Shown: in pieces, positions 27,144-32,000 of the stretch
Position numbering within the stretch: position 1 is the first letter of the stretch
Layout: every line of letters begins with the position of its first letter
Assembly (NCBI GenBank): GCA_001790095.1
Contig: MGBH01000001.1
Span: 870,001 to 902,000, forward strand
Source of the DNA: Candidatus Saccharimonadota bacterium
GTDB lineage: Bacteria > Patescibacteriota > Microgenomatia > UBA1406 > GWC2-37-13
Direction: 5' to 3'
Length of the DNA stretch: 32,000 nt
Translations under genes and position numbers: made by a program
Notes under the pieces: generated by a model
Databases searched by the model: none
What the model saw: the letters and a program-made list of their open reading frames with translations, nothing else
Told to the model about the DNA's origin: nothing

Positions 27144-28208
27144 TTAACTCATTTTTTGAGCAAATTGCTCATGAACTTGTAATATCATCTCTTGAGGGAT
27201 GCCGGGAAAATTCCTCATCGGTTCAGTCGGAGCAAGAATCGTCTTTCTCAATCTTCCAAATAGCAGGTTAAGCGGCCCATCGTGAGGAGCTGAAATACCA
27301 GCACAAATAAATCCATTTTCTATCAATACATCAGTATATGCGCTTAAATGCGGATCAAATGTACTGAGAGGTAGCAGATCAAATGGGCTTTGATTTTCCT
27401 CAAAATCAAATCCGTTCCCTGCTTCATCCAACGCTAATAGATTAAAAGGAATGGTAAATTTCCGACTCAAGCCTACATTTCCATTGGATGAGAACTCAAC
27501 TTCTGTACAAATCTGAGTTTCAAACCCATTCATATGCAGCAGGCTTTGAATAAGAGGAATGTTTACCTCTGGTCGATTGGGCAAAGCAATGAATGCTGGT
27601 CCAACTCGAACAGACTTATGGCTTTCTTTTTCAAGAGAAAGAAAGCCAAACAACTCTTGACGGTCCGGGCCAAAAGGTCCTGGATGATGAAATGCAGGTA
27701 GAAACGCATGTGGAATCATCCCAACTTTTTCCGGACAAAGAAGTGTAGCCTGCGAGCCTTGTCCGCCTTCAATACCTTCAAATGAAGCAGCCATACGAGT
27801 CTCTGCCACTAAAGGTCTGTGTTCATCCGTATCCTGTTTCCATTCTTCAATCAACCGTCTCATAAGCAATGAGGCGCCAGATCCTTCTGTCGCATTTGCT
27901 GCACGCCCAATCTCAATAGTATGTGGACTGAAGACAAGAGCAGCGCATGCATCTGGTCTTCCTTCTTTTTCAATAAACACAGGTCTCAGTCTTCCTGTCT
28001 CAAAATTCTGCTGAATCTGATCAACAGATGCGCTTAAATTGTGACGACCGTATGTTTGGTGTAATACATCTCCCATCCACTGCGCGCTCAATCCTGCCCC
28101 AAGTTCATGTAATCCTACAATGCTTCTTCCGTCTTTTAGATTAATAGGAAGAGGTTCATGTAAAACTCGACCTATCGTTTGTATATCAAATCTTTTAACT
28201 TCTATCAT
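27144..28208 (-). CDS. hypothetical protein, possible GNAT-like fold in the N-terminal half
   Basis: 354-aa ORF, visibly less AT-rich than its neighbours. The only weak cue is AANATEGSGASLLMRRLIEEW, reminiscent of acyl-CoA/GNAT motif A. It is the first gene after the Tyr leader units, 31 nt upstream of tyrS. Confidence 0.5.
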   Translation of the reverse strand: MIEVKRFDIQTIGRVLHEPLPINLKDGRSIVGLHELGAGLSAQWMGDVLHQTYGRHNLSASVDQIQQNFETGRLRPVFIEKEGRPDACAALVFSPHTIEIGRAANATEGSGASLLMRRLIEEWKQDTDEHRPLVAETRMAASFEGIEGGQGSQATLLCPEKVGMIPHAFLPAFHHPGPFGPDRQELFGFLSLEKESHKSVRVGPAFIALPNRPEVNIPLIQSLLHMNGFETQICTEVEFSSNGNVGLSRKFTIPFNLLALDEAGNGFDFEENQSPFDLLPLSTFDPHLSAYTDVLIENGFICAGISAPHDGPLNLLFGRLRKTILAPTEPMRNFPGIPQEMILQVHEQFAQKMS

Positions 28209-28235
28209 ATTATGTGTTTAATTATTAATAAAACT

Positions 28236-28259
28236 AAAAAACCCGCCTTCTTGGCGGGG
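28236..28259 (-). terminator. intrinsic terminator 2 (attenuator of leader unit 2)
   Basis: Minus-strand CCCGCC-AAGAA-GGCGGG followed by UUUUUU, 28 nt upstream of the ATG at 28208. Confidence 0.7.
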
Positions 28260-28281
28260 TTTGTGTTGTTGATTTAAACCA

Positions 28282-28359
28282 TCACATTATCACCCGCCGA
28301 TAGAGCAGTTGATAGTAGTAATACGAAACTTGTCTTGCTAATTTACTCTTATTTTTCAT
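28282..28359 (-). CDS. Tyr-rich leader peptide 2 (MKNKSKLARQVSYYYYQLLYRRVIM)
   Basis: 25-codon ORF with 5 Tyr codons, including UAU UAC UAC UAU. Codons 21-23 (CGG CGG GUG) duplicate the 3' arm of terminator 2. Confidence 0.55.
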   Translation of the reverse strand: MKNKSKLARQVSYYYYQLLYRRVIM

Positions 28360-28368
28360 ATTTGGTAC

Positions 28369-28394
28369 AAAAAAAATCCCCCGCTTAGCGGGGG
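28369..28394 (-). terminator. intrinsic terminator 1 (attenuator of leader unit 1)
   Basis: Minus-strand CCCCCGC-UAA-GCGGGGG followed by A+U8. Confidence 0.75.
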
Positions 28395-28419
28395 TTATTC
28401 ATGCAAAATTACCTCCCGC

Positions 28420-28464
28420 TTACAGCTGGAAGTAATAATATGTTGAGGAAAAATGTGTTTTCAT
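28420..28464 (-). CDS. Tyr-rich leader peptide 1 (MKTHFSSTYYYFQL)
   Basis: 14-codon ORF with UAU UAU UAC. The stop codon is followed directly by GCGGGAGG, a near copy of the terminator 1 3' arm. The ATG lies 9 nt after the -10 box, so the mRNA is essentially leaderless. Confidence 0.55.
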   Translation of the reverse strand: MKTHFSSTYYYFQL

Positions 28465-28473
28465 GATTTTTTT

Positions 28474-28501
28474 ATTATACACCCTCTTTTCTTTTTGTCA
28501 A
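28474..28501 (-). promoter_or_regulatory. near-consensus sigma70 promoter driving the leader/tyrS operon
   Basis: Minus-strand TTGACA (28501-28496), 16-nt spacer, TATAAT (28479-28474). Confidence 0.6.
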
Positions 28502-28521
28502 TACCATTTATCTTATAGTAT

Positions 28522-30606
28522 TTATTTTAAAACCACACGTCCGTCTACTGCGAATGACTCCCCCTCAACAATCATGAGAGGATTGATATCAAGCTCCATT
28601 AGCTCAGGATTTTCAGCAAAAAGTTTGCCTATCAAAGAAGCTACCATAAATAATTTACTTATATCAATTGGTTTTGATCCACGGAAACCGACAATAAGCT
28701 TCTTCATCTTAGTCGCCATAATATTTCGTTGAAAGACAGCCTCATCAAATGGATACACAAATCGTGCAACTTCCTGCAAAAGTTCAGCATATACTCCACC
28801 TAAACCAACCAAAACTACCGGTCCAAATATATGATCTCGCTTTGCTCCTACAATTAATTCATGTCCCTTCACTTGTTTCTGTACATATATATGCTCATCA
28901 CCAGTGACGCTCGTTAGATCTTTCCAGGCTTTTATCAGCTCTTCTTCATCATGTATACCTGTCACAATACCTTTTACGTCTGTTTTATGAGTGATGCTAT
29001 CTGAAGCTATTTTTGCCACAAGAGGATATCCAAGCTCTTTTGCCTTTTGTATAAGCTCATCTTTATTTGAGATAAGATGGAGTTTCACTGTTGGCACTCC
29101 AATCTCCTGTAGCAAGTTCATTGACTCACTCAAATTCAGTAATTTTTTTCCGTTTGGGATTTGGTCCACCAAATGGCGGATTGGAATTTGATTGGGATTT
29201 GAAATTTGAGATTTGGAATTTTTCTCTTCTTCTAACCAGTCTTTATATGCAATGATTTTTGCAATCGCAATGGGTAAAAAATCATAGCTTGAAAAACTCG
29301 CTATTTTTTTTTCTTCAAAGAAAGTATGGGAATGACCAACCGACTTTTCACCCATAAATATGGGGTAGATTGGAGTATCAAACCAATCCTGAGCATCAGC
29401 TATGACTGAAGCTGTTTCCTCGATCTCAGTGTTTGCCTGAGGAGTAAGTAGGATGACGACTGCTCCCGTTCGTTTTTCTTTCATGGTGGCGCGGATTGCT
29501 GATTTATAGTGAAAAGCAGAAGCATCTCCTAAAAGGTCTATTGGATTATGAAATGAAACTCTTCCTGATCCCATTGACTTGACGATCCCCTGTTTTACTT
29601 CCTCGGTGATAGTGACAAGTGACATGTTTCGCTTTATCAGCTCATCTGTTAATAAGACACCAACTCCCCCTGCGTTTGATAAGATCAAAATATCTTTGGA
29701 TATTGGGGCACGTTCGTATGCATACAGCTTCAATAAAGCCATAAATTCAAACAGCTGTTTTGCACGGATAGCGCCGCATTGTTCAAAAACGGACGAATAA
29801 ATTGCATCATCCCCCATCATACTTCCTGTGTGTGACACTGCTGCCTTTGACCCTTCTTCCGTGGATCCTGATTTGAGGATAACAACTGGTTTCTTGCAAG
29901 CAACCTCTCTTAAAACCTTCATAAAACGTTTACCATCCTTCACGTCTTCCAAATACATGGCAATCACTGCGGTATTTTTTTCCTCACTTAAGAATTCTAA
30001 AGCGTCACATTCATCAAACGCCGTCTTATTTCCAAGACTTATAAAGTAGGAAAACCCGAAGTTTTTATGATCTGCCATATAATCCACCATCAAACTTCCC
30101 AATGCTCCTGATTGAGAAATACATCCAATATTGCCAACCGGCGCAGAGTGTTTTAGAAATGTCACGTTCGTACCCGAGACAGTGCTTACAAATCCAATAC
30201 AGTTTGGTCCGAGCAGGTTCAAGTCGTATTTTTTTATTTTTTGAGCTAAGACCTCTTCTTTCAAAGCGCCCTGTTCACTCGTTTCTTTAAATCCAGCCGC
30301 AAATATAACTACATTTTTACACCCATTTTCTTTTACCTCATCAAGCATCTTGAGAGCTATATCTCCCGGGACGGCTAATACAACCAGGTCAACCTGTTTC
30401 CCAACTGATGCAAGGGAGGGATAGACCTGTTTGCCAAGAAGCTCTTTGTATTTCGGATTAATAAAATATACCTCTCCTTTGTATCCTTGGTTAAGAAGGC
30501 TTCTTGCCACCAAATAGCCTACTTTTTTTACATCCTCAGATACTCCAACGATGGCAACAGAGCTCGGATTAAAAAAAGATTGAAGAGACATATGTAAAGT
30601 ATACAT
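28522..30606 (-). CDS. ADP-forming acetyl-CoA synthetase (fused alpha-beta; CoA-binding + ATP-grasp)
   Basis: N-terminal FFNPSSVAIVGVSE...GYKGEVYFINPK CoA-binding domain, GPNCIGF, QSGALG, central ligase-CoA domain and C-terminal ATP-grasp (GYPLVAKI...HKTDVKG). The start could also be the Met at 30591. Confidence 0.9.
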   Translation of the reverse strand: MYTLHMSLQSFFNPSSVAIVGVSEDVKKVGYLVARSLLNQGYKGEVYFINPKYKELLGKQVYPSLASVGKQVDLVVLAVPGDIALKMLDEVKENGCKNVVIFAAGFKETSEQGALKEEVLAQKIKKYDLNLLGPNCIGFVSTVSGTNVTFLKHSAPVGNIGCISQSGALGSLMVDYMADHKNFGFSYFISLGNKTAFDECDALEFLSEEKNTAVIAMYLEDVKDGKRFMKVLREVACKKPVVILKSGSTEEGSKAAVSHTGSMMGDDAIYSSVFEQCGAIRAKQLFEFMALLKLYAYERAPISKDILILSNAGGVGVLLTDELIKRNMSLVTITEEVKQGIVKSMGSGRVSFHNPIDLLGDASAFHYKSAIRATMKEKRTGAVVILLTPQANTEIEETASVIADAQDWFDTPIYPIFMGEKSVGHSHTFFEEKKIASFSSYDFLPIAIAKIIAYKDWLEEEKNSKSQISNPNQIPIRHLVDQIPNGKKLLNLSESMNLLQEIGVPTVKLHLISNKDELIQKAKELGYPLVAKIASDSITHKTDVKGIVTGIHDEEELIKAWKDLTSVTGDEHIYVQKQVKGHELIVGAKRDHIFGPVVLVGLGGVYAELLQEVARFVYPFDEAVFQRNIMATKMKKLIVGFRGSKPIDISKLFMVASLIGKLFAENPELMELDINPLMIVEGESFAVDGRVVLK

Positions 30607-30636
30607 AAATTATGAGGGTGTAGTATATAGATATAT

Positions 30637-30846
30637 ACGAACCTGATGATTATCCCCCTTCGTTCACGTTCGTCTTACAGTTATCCGCCGCATCTTCCTT
30701 CTCGCCTTTTCAGTTCTATTCGAACACGGCTCGAAGAGCAATGCTTGGCGGATTTGGTCTCAGTATTTCTAAAATTTCATTTTAGAAACTGATCCCAAAC
30801 AAAACGCGCCCTGCCTTTCACCAATGTGGGAAAAACAGGGCGGCGC
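30637..30846. ncRNA. unassigned GC-rich, highly structured non-coding block (candidate ncRNA or 5' leader)
   Basis: No ORF. Helices seen by hand: ACGAAC/GTTCGT (30637-42 with 30668-73); ATCCGCC/GGCGGAT (30683-89 with 30747-53), which encloses GCATCTTC..GAAGAGCAATGC and TTCGA-ACACGGC-TCGAA; a 13-bp hairpin at 30761-30791; and GCGCCCTG...CAGGGCGGCGC at 30806-30846. Strand is undetermined. Confidence 0.3.
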
Positions 30847-31023
30847 TTAAAGTGTCTCAATCATTTATCCAGGACTATATCTTTTACCGTTAAACCATGA
30901 CATCCTGAATAAGGTTATAAGGTCTAAGATGATACTCATATATTTTAAGATTTAATTGTTAAAGGTGCGATTTTGAAGAGTGTGAGAGCTTTTTTCAAGT
31001 TGGCCTTATATAAGGCTATGTTT

Positions 31024-31063
31024 GTTGAGTTGGTTTGACCGTTTGTTTACTCAACCTTTTTTT
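31024..31063 (+). terminator. possible plus-strand intrinsic terminator
   Basis: GTTGAGT (31024-30) pairs with ACTCAAC (31049-55), followed by C+T7. The loop is long (18 nt), so this is weak. There is no plus-strand CDS upstream of it. Confidence 0.3.
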
Positions 31064-31433
31064 GAAAAATTCCCCGCCTTCTCTTCTTGATCCTTAAGAA
31101 ACTGCCTATGTATTGTTTGCTTATTGTTGAAAACTTTTCTAGATAAAGTTTTCACTCATCCCGGGTTTGCTAAGCAAATTTTGAAAAAGCGTTTCTTGGA
31201 TCTAACTTATAATATTTTTTGAAGAGATTTTAATTTTTCTCTTCATAATATCAGAATAAAGTATATTTTTAATTTTGTCAAGGGGTATTTTATCTTATAG
31301 TTAAAATACTAGGGTCTTTGAAGCTAAAATACAAATATAGTTCGTCAAAAATACTTAATACCTATAATAAATATTATGTTTTTTGAAAAAAATATAAACT
31401 CTTATTTATTCTCTCGTTTGTTACACTAAATAT

Positions 31434-32000
31434 ATGACTAGTATCTTGACTCTTAAAGCATTAAGTAAACGTATCCGCTACCAAATCCTTTCTTCAACTA
31501 CTGCGGCCGGGTCTGGTCATCCAACATCGTGTCTCTCAGCTGTTGAGCTCATGACTACCCTCTTTTTCGGAGGGTTTCTGAAGCAAGATATACAAAATCC
31601 CCAAAATTATGAAAATGATCGGGTTATTTTTTCCAAAGGCCATGCTGCTCCCCTTTTATACTCTTTATACGAGACAGCGGGGGTGCTCACTCAAAAAGAA
31701 CTGATGACACTCCGCAAGTTTGATTCGCGCCTCCAGGGCCATCCCACCCCTGAGTTTCCATGGGCTGATGTAGCAACGGGCAGCTTGGGGCAAGGATTGT
31801 CTATCGCTGTTGGCATGGCTCTTGCTTTAAAAAACTTTCGGTCACTACTTCCTAATATATATGTTCTCCTGGGTGATTCTGAGCTTGCTGAAGGACAAAA
31901 TTGGGAAGCACTTGAAATAGCCTCATATTATAAACTCAATACTATCGTTGGCATTCTTGATATGAGTCGTTTAGGCCAACAGGGACAAACTATGCTCGGA
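31434..32000 (+). CDS. tkt: transketolase, N-terminal (TPP-binding) subunit, 3' end off window
   Basis: Hand translation from the ATG at 31434: MTSILTLKALSKRIRYQILSSTTAAGSGHPTSCLSAVELMTTLFF...FSKGHAAPLLYSL...RLQGHPTP...ATGSLGQGLSIAVGMAL...LLGDSELAEGQNWEA. Open to position 32000, so absent from the ORF track. Confidence 0.9.
   Translation, partial: MTSILTLKALSKRIRYQILSSTTAAGSGHPTSCLSAVELMTTLFFGGFLKQDIQNPQNYENDRVIFSKGHAAPLLYSLYETAGVLTQKELMTLRKFDSRLQGHPTPEFPWADVATGSLGQGLSIAVGMALALKNFRSLLPNIYVLLGDSELAEGQNWEALEIASYYKLNTIVGILDMSRLGQQGQTMLG

Noticed and set aside
28463-28732. Plus-strand ORF of 89 aa
   Set aside because: It is antisense to the 3' end of the acetyl-CoA synthetase gene and to the promoter and leader region, with no supporting features.
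30637-30846. Assignment of the structured block to RNase P RNA, tmRNA, SRP RNA or a TPP riboswitch
   Set aside because: There are partial look-alikes on the minus strand (GGUGAAAGG, GAAGGAAG, CUGAGA). However, the universal motifs are missing (GAGGAAAGUCC and ACAGAA.CCGGCUUA; tRNA-like acceptor/T-arm; GGAA-capped helix 8; GGGGUGC...CCUGAUCUGG...GCGUAGGGA), and the order of the look-alikes is wrong.
1-32000. Alternative genetic code (UGA recoding, as in some CPR lineages)
   Set aside because: All conserved genes are full length under the standard code, and UGA is used as a genuine stop (for example at 21330 and 5710).

Overview
AT-rich, tightly packed bacterial segment. The gene content looks like a Candidate Phyla Radiation (Patescibacteria/Microgenomates-like) genome, though this placement is inferred from gene content only. 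It combines bacterial LeuRS, TypA/BipA and peptidoglycan hydrolases with archaeal-type TyrRS, ADP-forming acetyl-CoA synthetase, a fused archaeal-type PPAT/DPCK and a split transketolase. It also encodes many membrane-anchored proteins with Pro/Thr linkers and dockerin-like repeats. The standard genetic code fits, and most genes lack a Shine-Dalgarno sequence. Two long ORFs run off the window edges and are missing from the ORF track: 1..2440 (-) and 31434..32000 (+). RNA features are tRNA-Lys(UUU), tRNA-Gln(CUG), an adjacent aberrant tRNA-Gln-like copy, and a clear FMN riboswitch ahead of a DMT transporter + riboflavin kinase operon. The most interesting signal is at 28236..28501 (-): a consensus promoter followed by two tandem units, each a Tyr-codon-rich mini-ORF plus an intrinsic terminator with a competing antiterminator. 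These sit upstream of an uncharacterised 354-aa gene and tyrS, which looks like tandem leader-peptide attenuation responding to Tyr-tRNA. An ~830-bp ORF-free region (30607..31433) contains a GC-rich, highly structured ~210-nt block that I could not assign to any known RNA family. No CRISPR array, rRNA or transposase/integrase was seen.
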